Shown: in pieces, positions 22,743 to 33,444 of the stretch
Layout: every line of letters begins with the position of its first letter
Numbering within the stretch: position 1 is the first letter of the stretch
Source: Octopus bimaculoides
Lineage: Eukaryota
Reading direction: 5' to 3'
Length of the DNA stretch: 33,449 nucleotides
NCBI RefSeq assembly: GCF_001194135.2
Contig: NC_068982.1
Coordinates: 59,977,787 to 60,011,235, forward strand
Notes under the pieces: model-generated
Databases searched by the model: none
Told to the model about the DNA's origin: nothing
What the model saw: only the letters and a program-made list of their open reading frames with translations
Made by a program: the position numbers and the translations under genes

Positions 22743-22795
<53 letters not shown>

Positions 22796-22955
22796 GATGG
22801 GCTTCTTTCAGTTTCTATCTACCAAATCTACTCACAAGGCTTTGGTTGGCCTAAGGCTATAGCAGAAGACACTTGCCCAAGGTACAATATAATGGGACTA
22901 AACCTGGAACCTTGTGGTTAGGAAACTTCATTCCACACAGCCACACCTGCACCTA
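22305..22955 (-). mobile_element. SINE family A with an unrelated repeat fragment (~22630-22748) inside its central microsatellite
   Basis: Tail half 22305-22510 and head half 22795-22955 match family A. The insert begins gggtacaggac, as does 27802. Confidence 0.75.
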
Positions 22956-22969
22956 TAAATAAAACACTT

Positions 22970-23041
22970 TGGAGATGCTGGGGATCGAACCCGTAACCTT
23001 TCACATGCAAAACAAATGCTCTACCACTGAGCTACCCTGAG
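22970..23041 (-). pseudogene. tRNA-Ala(UGC) pseudogene
   Basis: Minus strand ...GTAGCTCAGTGGTAGAGCATTTGTTTTGCATGTGAAAGGTTACGGGTTCGATCCCCAGCATCTCCA. Intact D-arm, A and B boxes, anticodon TGC (23007-23009), 3' acceptor strand and downstream TTTT. The 5' acceptor strand is replaced, and the T-stem and anticodon stem are weakened. Confidence 0.8.
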
Positions 23042-23607
23042 AATTTTATGAAGGTGGTGAATTGACTAATGTGTTTGTAGACTAATGGGCTAAATACTCT
23101 GCAGTATTTAATGATGAGGCTTTCACATTTCCATCATTCATGGTTAATTTTGATATTCATCCTTCTCGGATTGATTAAAAGAATTACAAACTCCAAGCCG
23201 TAGGTTGATCCTACATCATCTTCAACATTTGAAGCTATGTACCAATGGAAGAAATCAATTTTATTGAACTTACGAATTGAATTCTAGGTAACTTAAAATT
23301 TGAGAAAATGGAATTACTTTTATCATTGGCATTCAAGATTTGTCTTGTTTATTTCTGTTGGTTAATTTACTATTTTAAGGCATACGCTTAATGCATCAGA
23401 ACCAATCTATGAACTGTGGACATTTAATGGCATATATATATTGGTGTGGGATGTAGCATCAGCTAAACACTTAAACACTAGTAACTAAATACATATTTTT
23501 CGAATTTTTTATAAGAGATCGATTTATAAACTTCAGTGAATGATATATACAAGACTGTAGAGCCTAATATAAATCCATCATAAAGTTCTCAGTGCATCTG
23601 GGTAGCC

Positions 23608-23990
23608 ATTCATCATCATCATCATCATCATTATCATCTAACAACCATTTTCCATGCTGGCATGGTTTGGATGGCTTGACAGGAACTGGCAAGGCTAGGG
23701 GCTGCACCAGGATTCCATGGTCTGTTCTGGCTTAGTTTCTACTGCTGGTTGCTCTTCCAAACACCAACCACTTTACAGAGTGTACTGTGTACTTTTCACG
23801 TGGTAATATCCCCAGTGCCTTTTACATGGTACCAGCAACCACACCAATGCTTTTTTACATGACATCTTGGTTGTAGGATCTCAGTTTTAGTGTGGTGGGC
23901 AAGTCTTTTTGAGCACAGCTATTCACTATATATCTTAGTCTTCTGTCATCTTCTTTGTAAGGTTCAGCATTTTGAGATCAGCCTTCAATA
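23608..23990 (-). mobile_element. RTE 3'UTR/tail-derived repeat
   Basis: (CAT)n tail then ccattttccatgctggcatggtttggatggcttgacaggaactggc, homologous to 9085-9400. Confidence 0.75.
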
Positions 23991-24797
23991 CTTCATCATT
24001 ATTGTTGAACATGTATCAGTTATATCTCAGATTATTCAAAAGTGACAGTTATGTCACCCGTTTTCTGAATATAAGACAATTTTCTCTTGCTTTTTTTTTC
24101 TACTTCAGTTTTTTTTTTTTTTGTGCATAACTCAGTGATATTTTATGGATATAAAGTCGACACTACTGATTAAATTTGTAAAAATTAATAATAAACAAAA
24201 ATATTTGAAAGTCGTAACTTTAAAGCTTGAACCTTGTTAGTGGTTGTTAGGAGAGAGGGTGGAGTGGAGGTAGGAGGTTCTCTCTGAAATTTTTCTGTGA
24301 ATGAATTTATGTCTGAGTATCAGAATAGTGTGACCATATGACAAAAGAGAAGACAATGGATGATAATATTTAAATTTTTTAAAAGTAATTATAATAATGG
24401 TGGACATGAAGGTAGGGAGGATGGTAAGTGTAAACATATGAAAAAGAAGAGGAATCAAAATAATCTAATTTTTTGAAAAAAAAAGCTATAAAACAAATTT
24501 TATTCTTTATAACTACTCTGAAGTGATGATCTTGAGGATATTTCAAAAAAATCTTTCAGCTCTAAGTAGCTAAACGAATGGTGAATATGTTAATAACCTT
24601 TCTTAGATCTGTTATACAGAGAAAAGAAGAAGAAAAAAAATAATGAAAAACAGAGGAAGATGAAAATGTAAAAGATGAAGACAAAGAGAAAGAGGTGAGG
24701 TGTAATCAGTTAAAGCAAATTAACTGTTTTTTGGGTGCTTTTCTTTTCTTTTTTTTTTTTTGCTTTTTACTTTATTTTTGCTAAAGAAAGACTTAAC

Positions 24798-24943
24798 CCT
24801 GTTTATTATTTCCTGTTGAATCTTCCCTTTTATCTCTGAAGCACAGAGTCTACAATGGACCATGTAATGGCTAATAGGCGTATCAGTAAATGCAAAACTA
24901 AGACTTCCTTTTGCAATGAACATCATTAAAGCAATCCAATTAG
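24798..24943 (-). CDS. Weak candidate exon (ANWIALMMFIAKGSLSFAFTDTPISHYMVHCRLCASEIKGKIQQEIINR)
   Basis: Good acceptor gcctcttctctcag and 48 open codons in unique sequence, but only a poor donor (GTTAAG). Confidence 0.18.
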
Positions 24944-25198
24944 CTGAGAGAAGAGGCCACAAGTAATATAGAAGATTATGGAAAGATAATGTTGCAAACA
25001 ACCTCCTATAAAGGTGTATCTTTTCCTCCTTTGTTCTTTTATGATTGTTCTCGTTGCTGTTGTTTCATGCTTAAGAGGTATTCACCCATTGCCCTTTCTT
25101 TTATTCTCTTAATGTTATTTTTTTATAGTCATTGGATTGTGGCCATTCTGGGGTACCTCCTCCAAGGGGTTTTGCTACTTTTCATATTTTTCATCAAT

Positions 25199-25620
25199 AG
25201 ATGCAGGTGTGGCTGTGTGGTAAGAAGCTTACTTCTGAAACACATGGTCCTGGGTTCAGTTCCACTGCATGGCGCCTTAGGCACATGTCTTCTGCTATAG
25301 CCTAGAGCCAACCGAAGCTTTGTGAGTGGATTTGGTAGATGGAAACTGAAAGAAGCCTGTTGTATATATATTTATGTGTATGTGTCTGTGTTTGCCCCAC
25401 CCCCAACATCGCTTGACAACCAATACTGGTGTGTTTATGTCCCCATAACTTTGCAGTTTGGTAAGCAAGACTGATAGAATAAGTACTAGGCCTACAAAGA
25501 ATAAGTCCTGAGGGCGATTTCTACCACTAAAACACTTTAAGGTGGTGCTCCAGCATGGCGCGATTTCTACAACTAAAACACTTTAAGGTGGTGCTCCAGC
25601 ATGGCTGTCATCAAATGAAA
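25199..25620 (+). mobile_element. SINE family A with a 46-bp internal tandem duplication; preceded by an inverted family A tail remnant (~25105-25170)
   Basis: Head atgcaggtgtggctgtgtggtaagaagc; duplicated unit 25514-25559 / 25560-25605. Confidence 0.85.
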
Positions 25621-25867
25621 TGTCATTTATGAAATGACATTGAGCTGTGCAGTCCAAATCTAGCACTTCTTTTATCAATCCTTATAATTTCCTTGTTTTC
25701 GTAAACATTCTCTATAACAATACTATGTGCAAGACCAAATATATGACACCTTAGGCATAATACCAATTTGAACTTCTAACTTGTTGTCTCTTGAGGTCTC
25801 TGGGGGAGACATGGAGTCATCTTGTATAAATACAAAGCAAAAGTCAAACATATAATAATAATAATAA

Positions 25868-26034
25868 TGAAGTGGAAATCGTTCATTGGGAGTTAAATGG
25901 AAAACACAATCTTGGAAGAGCAAGCCAGTGGTATAAACGCAGCCAGAAGTGCTGTAGTAAGTGGCCATGCCAAGATTTTATGGGACTTTATGGTACAATT
26001 TGACCATGAAATTGAACACCACAAGCCAGATACT
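25868..26034 (+). mobile_element. R4/Dong-like (restriction-like endonuclease) non-LTR retrotransposon fragment
   Basis: IVHWELNGKHNLGRASQWYK, frameshift, GHAKILWDFMVQFDHEIEHHKPD. Matches the conserved ILWD..IQ.D..I...KPD segment of RLE-type elements; begins right after an (AAT)n tract. Confidence 0.72.
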
Positions 26035-27197
26035 TGACTGGTACTTATTTTCTCCCTCTACCCCCACCCACAAAAAAGGAAAAAGAGAAAATCATTCTCA
26101 AAGGAACTCAAATTCAGAATCCAAAAGTTTACAGTGAAATACTGCAAGGCAATCCATTTGACTCTTTAGCAATTCTTCTAAACCACTGTCTAACATTAAA
26201 AGTATACCAATTAATATGTAAAAATGGATGAAAAGAAAGAACATACTGCACGATGCCTAAAATCAGAAAATCAATATTGAGACAATAGATTTCCTTTTAA
26301 TATGTATCAAGAACAGAGACTAATGTGATTGATTCTTGAAGAAAAGGACTAGAAATTATAGAATAACAGGTAATAGATGTCACATTTGGATGTAACAGTC
26401 AAGCAAGAAAGTCAGAGATCCACAGAAAGAGCATTCTAATATCAGAGAAAGCTCTGTCAACATATTTTGGGGATTTAAAATGATGTAATGTCTAGTTTAA
26501 GTGCTAGTAAATCCTTAACATGAAAGAAGTTGAAAATAGCAACAGAAGAGATGTTATGAAGACATTTTTATATCATTAACAGAATTATGAAAGAAATTCT
26601 TGGAATATTGCAAAATAGGTTTTGTATAGCAGTTTATGATTTTATAAAAATTGCACATATTGAAAAAGTGTAGTGTTGTATTCTAAAAACATAGTCAGTT
26701 GATGCTTGGCTAGCTTATATCAATAAAGAATTTCACATATCCAGCCTAGAGTAAATTTATGAATGTACAAAACTTAACATAATGAAACAAGAAAAAGAAT
26801 CTATGAATGCTCATAAATACATACATGCACACAAATATATTTATACACACACATTTATGTGTCTGTGTGTGTATATATATATGTGTGTGTGTGTATTTGT
26901 CTGTGTGTGTATATATATATTTGTGTGTGTGTGTGTGTGTTGTAATTATTAAGTCAAAACAAATGATTTGAAATCATTTAATCTGTACATTTCAGGTTTT
27001 CATATTATATAATAGGAAATGCTTCCATTATGCAAGAGCTTCCTCAGTCAAAATATTTCACTGATGAGTGTAATAAATACATTTCCTAGTATACGTTATG
27101 CCCACCTGAAACATATGTATTAGATAGTTTTAGAATATCACTATTTGCTTTAATTTCATTACTACAACTAATATGACTTGAAGCCAGTATAAATTAC

Positions 27198-27224
27198 CTG
27201 TTCTAAGCTCCACTTAGGCAAGTA
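27198..27224 (-). CDS. Candidate 27-nt symmetric exon (YLPKWSLEQ)
   Basis: Acceptor cattgtactttag, donor CAG|GTAATT, phase 0-0. Confidence 0.28.
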
Positions 27225-28483
27225 CTAAAGTACAATGATTTAGAGTAGTTTGCTACATTTAATTCAACTCAAAAACTCTGGTACCATGCAGTGCTTCTTA
27301 CCGTAACACAATATATATATACATATATATATATATACAATGGCCCTTCTCTCTCTCTTTTACCACATCCATCTCTCTATCTGTCTGACTATCAGTCTAT
27401 CTATCTCTCTCGCTATCTGCCTATCTATCTATCTATCTGCTTATACATCTTCCATTGTCTCCAAAGCCTCACCCCCAAAAAACAAAACAATGTTCTGTTA
27501 TAAACAGAACCCCCCAAAACACCTGTTTTTATATAAATAAGCTAGATCTCTGTATTTTCACAGTTATATTTGACAAGTTTGAAAGACGAACGAAAGCGCT
27601 AATATATGTATAAAATAAATGAAAGAACTTATTCCAAAATTCCGACGACTTCTTTTTCAATATTTACTTCTGTACATCACACCTAACACTCTACACACAC
27701 ATATATATATATATATGTACGTATGTAAATACTATATATATGCATATATACTTACGTACATGTACATACTTATATATATATGTATATACGCGTGTATATA
27801 TAGGTACAGGACGTCAAAAGAACATAAACAACATGAAAAATGGGAGCAGAGTGGTGCAGAGGTGTCACCTACCAGGAGTAGAAGGAAATCGCCAACAAAT
27901 AGTGGATGCAACAATGTGTTGTTACAGTGCATATCCCCATACTTCTAATACATCTAAGAATATATTGGAAAACTCTCTTTGACATAGTATTCCTATAGTT
28001 TGTTCTTCAATGATATTTAGGAAAACTCAACCAATTGCATTTAAATATATAATTAAAGTTATTCCAACCAAATTGTATCTCTTCTCGTTATTGTCAAATC
28101 ATAAAGAATGAAAAAGAATCTCAATGAAGATTTCATTTTCTTTTTAATGCATGATTAAAAGACAGTTATTGAAATACCTAAATAAAAATGCAGATCATTA
28201 AGGTAACTTGTTCTCTTAATTAACTTCTTTTGTGTTTTAGGTAAAGATATATATGTGACAAAAGTCTGTATTTGTCCTTTTTCTCAGCTCACTTTTGAAA
28301 CTTATATTTTTCTATAGTAGTTGAGTAGAGAATGAGACAATTGGATCAGTTCCCTAGAAGCTATGATCTACTGTTCACAGACGCATATATATATATATAT
28401 ATATGTATGTATATATGTATATTATATATATTATATATATGCATATGTATATTTATATATGTGTGTATATGCATGTGTGTACA

Positions 28484-28560
<77 letters not shown>

Positions 28561-29099
28561 ACACACACACATTCCTAACAACTGATAAATACATATTAAT
28601 TGCTAGTAGGGACACCGTATTTTGTTTCATATATATATATTTAGTTTTATATTCAAGCAAGTATCCTGTTTACTCTTTCTAGTTTAAATGGTAATAAGTA
28701 TGTTGACAAAACAAAAAAAATTAAGAAAAATCGAAAGCTTCATCTAATGGGCACTCAGTACATTTTGCAACATTTAGGTAAGAATGAAATGCAAGTTGGT
28801 CAGCTCATGAAAACTTAAATAAGTCAATCAGCTAAGAAATCACAAATTAGCCAAAAACTAAACAATTAATTTTAGCAAATAGTAATTTAAACATCATAAC
28901 CATTTGATGACTCTTCTTATTATAAATTCCACCATATCCTTTAATGCTCTTCAAACAATAGATACCAGAGACAATGACTTTATGGCCTTCGTATTTTCAA
29001 ATCGAATACACATGATTAGGTACAAGTATATTAAGAAACCAGTATATATGAAAAAGAAAAAACGTTTGCACATCTTGCCATTCTTTTTCTTCTGATTAT

Positions 29100-29290
29100 T
29101 ATTAAGGCAAGGAGCCAGTAGAATCTTTAACATGCTGAACAAAATTCTTAGCATCATTTTGTCCGTCTTTACGTTCTGAGTTCATAATCTACCAAGGTCA
29201 GCCATGCCTTTAATCCTTTCAGGATCAATAGAATAAGTACCAGTTGAGTACTGGGGTCCATGTAAACATATTATCCTCTCCCCTATAGCA
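29100..29290 (+). mobile_element. SINE family B
   Basis: aaggcaaggagccagtagaatc...tacgttctgagttcatatctaccaaggtcagccatgcctttaatcctttcaggatcaatagaataagtaccagttgagtactgggg. Confidence 0.75.
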
Positions 29291-31172
29291 GAAATAATTA
29301 TTATTACTAATATTATTATCATTACTCTATTATTGTTGTTGTTGTCATTGTTTACTTAGAAATAAAAGGGAAAGTCACTTGAAATTGTAAGCCATGCATG
29401 TCCCAACTTAAATACTTTACATGTCCAGGAATATATAAAACATAGAAGGTAGCAAATCGTTTTTACATATAAGAAAGGAAGTTTCATTTTCTTAGGTATT
29501 TTTTAAATCTTAAAAAATCTATTTCAATTGATACATTTGTAAAATTAATCCATTTAAATGCTATTTGAACTTGTTATGTGTACATTTACTTTAAATAATT
29601 AATACCAAAAGGAGATGATATCTTTTCAGAAATAAATTGTTTAATTTAAGCCACATTATAAAAGAATAAGTTATTTAATTAGAACATGTCAATGAGGGAT
29701 GATATAAATTTTAAGCAATCTTTTCATCTTAGAAATTTGCCCAAACCTGAAGTAATAATTTAATTTTTTTTCCACCTGATTCTTGGAGTTGCCAAGCAAA
29801 TTGTTATCAAATCATATTTCACAAATTCAATTTTTATAAACATTAGATTTGATGCATTTAATATTTATGTAATTGATAGAATTGCAATGCTGCAGGAGCA
29901 CCTATGTTGCAATAAATAATACTGCTGTTGGAAACACATTCCATGTGATTTGAGAAGAGAGAGAGAGAGAGGGGGGGAAAAAAGAACCAACAATACAATA
30001 TAGATATTTGTATGGTATTTGAAAATATATATGTATGTGTATTTGTGTCTGTATATGTCTATGTGCACATGCATGTATGTTTATGTGTGATTACATATAT
30101 ATATGTATATCAGTATAAGATTTATGTATGTGTATATAAAACAATAATATTGATGATAAATTAATAACATTAACCACATGAATATTTAAGACAAATTATT
30201 TCCAGAAGGGGTTTTTGCTTTTACAGCAAAAGGAAAATAAATTATGACTGACTGACAATCTTATCATCACCAAATTAGAGAATAATTTTCATATTGTTAC
30301 TCTAATTATTAGTGTCATTGTTAGAACAATCATCATAACAATTATATAAACTGTAAGTAGTTTTATTGCAAAGCCAAAGGCAGCTTAATTCTTTTGACGT
30401 TGTTAATAACACAATCAGTTTTTGCCTAAAACTAATCATTTAAAAAAATTCTTTTAATCTCTACAAATTAGAATCTATTTAGATATTTTTCTCTTTTCTT
30501 TACCAATAATGATTTAATAACTAGAAGTATATTTAAAGAAATATAAAACAAATTAGGCAAACAAAGTGAATTATGAGCATATTTATTGTATTTTAATAGC
30601 GCTATATAAAGCTCTTGAGAAGTTTCACCTCTAACACTGCATCCAAATGGCATTTAGATGTTTTGTATTTAATCAAGTGTCATAACAGAGAAATCATTTG
30701 CTATACACTTCAATAAAGCAAAAGAAAAAAAAAATTACTTGTGAAAAGGTATTTCTTTACCTGAAATACTTAATTAAATTTTTACTGTCTACATTTATGT
30801 GATATTCATAGCTGATACTTTTAATTCATTTGAACAGAGATTAGTAGGTTGCAGCCAACTTTATTAAATTGACAAGTAACAAAAATAAATTAATGTTTTT
30901 ATTGTTAACATTTTCATTTAATAAAACTCTTAATTTCTTTTATATTTAATGAAGTTGAAAGATAATGAGATAAACATAAAATTGAAGATATATTAAGATA
31001 TGTATGGAAACTCAAGATTCAAAAGTCATTGATTGATATAAAAAGAAACATTTAAAGAAAATGAAATTATAAAAACTCAGGGTGTTTGTGCTCTTTGAAA
31101 CTGATATCATGGCTTCAACATGAAGACTAAATACTGACTTTTTTATTCTCAGTCAAACATTTCTTTTATAAA

Positions 31173-31845
31173 ATAATCATTAGTGACAGAAGCAGTATCA
31201 ATACTAAAATACAATCTTTGTATCCAACTTAATGTAGATGTATTGCTAGAACACCAAATAATGCATTATTTACCTTGAGTGTACCTCTCATATAGATGCA
31301 TGGTGCTTAAAAGCACACATGTATTGCATTGCTGGCAGATGATAAGCAACTGCTATGGGTGTCAGAACTGCCAGATCATGTGATTTTGATGTATCCTGCT
31401 TCTTCAGTGGCAGAACATCTGGTAGCCTCATACAGCCAAATCTCACTGCCGGCGATACATGGAATATCAGTGACCATTCAGGCACTGATGTCACAAATAT
31501 CCAACAGGCTTATTAAAAAATAATTATTCATGACAGAAGCAGCATTAATGCTAAAAAGCAATCTTTATATCCAACTTAATGTTGATGCTTTGTTAGAGAA
31601 CCAAATAATGCATTATTTAACTTGATTAAGCCTCTCAGATGGATGCATGGTACATAAAAGCACACTTTGAAATCACAAGATCTGGTAACTCAAGTACCTG
31701 TGGCAGAGGATTCACCTCAACCAGCAATATAGATATGCATGCTTTTATGCACCATGCATCCATATGAGAGATACTTTCAAGATAAATAATGCAGTGTTCA
31801 GCTATCTCACAATACGTCCATGTTAAGATGGATATAAAGATTGCC
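31173..31845. repeat. Cluster of three copies of a ~110-150 bp repeat (two direct, one inverted)
   Basis: Copies at ~31173-31317 (+), ~31520-31665 (+) and ~31737-31845 (-) share caatcttt.tatcca.cttaa...tgcattattta.cttga...ctctca.at.gatgcatggt.c.taaaagca. Confidence 0.85.
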
Positions 31846-32568
31846 TTTCTTTTATAGTATTACCAATAATTCTTGACTGGGACACAAATTTAAACTCGTT
31901 GCAAGACCTTTTTGAAAATAAATTGTTTTTACAAAAATAAGTGACTATACAATAGCAACAAGAATTACCTATTATTCATGACAATTTAACAATAAATAAA
32001 AGTGGAAATAATGGTTTAAACATAATAATACCGAAATATTCATATTTTAATGGTACAGTATACCTAAAATTTCAGGCATAACCAAGCTAAAAAAACATTT
32101 CCAAATTTTTTAACTACATTTTCTGATATTCAAATTAGTTTAGTATATAAACACAACATAAATTCATCATAAGTATCTATTTTTCTTAGTGGTTGTATAA
32201 GCATCTCTATTTGTATGTGTGTATGCGGTGTGTGGTATGTGTGTGTACATACAAATATGCATGCACGTATATGTGTGTAGGGATGAATATATGTGTTTAG
32301 GTTTGTGCATACACAGACCTCTCTATCTATCTACATATAAATATATATATATATATATATATANNNNNNNNNNNNNNNNNNNNNNNNNNNNNNNNNNNNN
32401 NNNNNNNNNNNNNNNNNNNNNNNNNNNNNNNNNNNNNNNNNNNNNNNNNNNNNNNNNNNNNNNTATATCATATGCGTATACATACATATGAAATTGGAAA
32501 ACTGGAAAGATTGTAAAGGCAAAAAGAAAAGAAAAAATGGTAAGTAGAATGCCTACATCTCAGAATAC

Positions 32569-32652
32569 CAAAGGTTGTTTGCCTGCACTTTCAGCAACTA
32601 TGTGAATGTATAAAGTTTTGTGGAATATAAACCTACTTCCTACAATTATTGT
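32569..32652 (-). CDS. Candidate 84-nt symmetric exon (TIIVGSRFIFHKTLYIHIVAESAGKQPL)
   Basis: Acceptor ccatatttctttcag, donor TTG|GTATTC, phase 0-0, open frame in unique sequence. Not recognised. Confidence 0.38.
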
Positions 32653-32914
32653 CTGAAAGAAATATGGTAAACATTTTGATAGATAATAAAACACTTTAAA
32701 TACTATAGACATTTCTGATTGAATGCAATAGTTCTTATGCCATTTTACTATAAACATGCATGCACAGACATATACATGTATAAATGTGTGTGTACACATT
32801 CATATATGTGCATATATGTGTCTGAGTGTGTATGTATATGCATGATGGGCTGCTACACAGTTTCACCCTGCAAAGAAAAAAAAATTATGCACAAAGTATT
32901 GGTCAACCTAAAGT

Positions 32915-32995
32915 TATGGTAAAGGATGCATACAGTGCCATGTAGTGGGATTAAACCAAGATCTATGGGGTTTTAACCACACAGCTATGCCTATA
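32915..32995 (-). mobile_element. Degenerate SINE family A head
   Basis: tgccatgtagtgggattaaaccaagatctatggggttttaaccacacagctatgccta. Confidence 0.55.
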
Positions 32996-33210
32996 CCCTT
33001 CTTGCAGCTGAAACTTCATAATCAAATATGAGTAAGTCTCTGATGAAAGAAGACATTTAACTATTAATAGAGTGTTAAGTGCTGTTTTATGGACTAATCT
33101 GGTGAGTATCTATTTATATGTGTGTGTGTGTGTGTATGTGTGTGTATATGTGTATATGTGTGTGAGTATATATATATATATATGTTTGTATATACATATA
33201 CGTATATATA

Positions 33211-33444
33211 CAGGGTTGGCCAGAAGTCACCCAAAAGTAAATCAAAATTCCATAAATAAATATCTGAAACTCTGTATTGACTTGAATGGAAAAATGTGTT
33301 GCTCAAGAAGGACTTCAGTTTGAACAATTTTCATGATGTTTCATATTCAGATGCTTGTATTAAAATCATTCAGTTGTTAAACATAAATAAATCTTGGAAT
33401 TAAATGGTTTTGATATACTGTCAGGTGACTTTTGACCATCTTTG
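33211..33444. mobile_element. Tc1/mariner-type MITE (234 bp)
   Basis: TA|CAGGGTTGGCCAGAAGTCACCC ... AGGTGACTTTTGACCATCTTTG|TA; 16/22 TIR positions complementary; TA TSDs at 33209-33210 and 33445-33446. Confidence 0.75.

Noticed and set aside
22725-22750. Third hammerhead-like remnant (minus ATGA-A-GGAA-TAA-TTCC)
   Set aside because: Lacks the 5' CUG and the GAAA half of the core.
22970-23041. Dada-type transposon insertion into tRNA-Ala
   Set aside because: No displaced 5' tRNA half on the same strand, no TSD and no transposase nearby; GGGATGTAGC at ~23447 is on the opposite strand.
23044-23460. Plus frame with three TGA codons suggesting a mitochondrial insertion (NUMT)
   Set aside because: Also contains TAA stops and has no convincing match to any mitochondrial protein.
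27061-27085. CTGATGA followed by a GTGT/ATAC stem; also CTGATGA at ~33040
   Set aside because: No GAAA after the stem, so not a hammerhead.
28683-28777. Plus-strand exon candidate LNGNKYVDKTKKIKKNRKLHLMGTQYILQHL with donor GTAAGA
   Set aside because: Contains poly-A runs typical of non-coding DNA and has no supporting plus-strand exon set; the same applies to plus candidates at ~4445-4490 and ~5062-5118.
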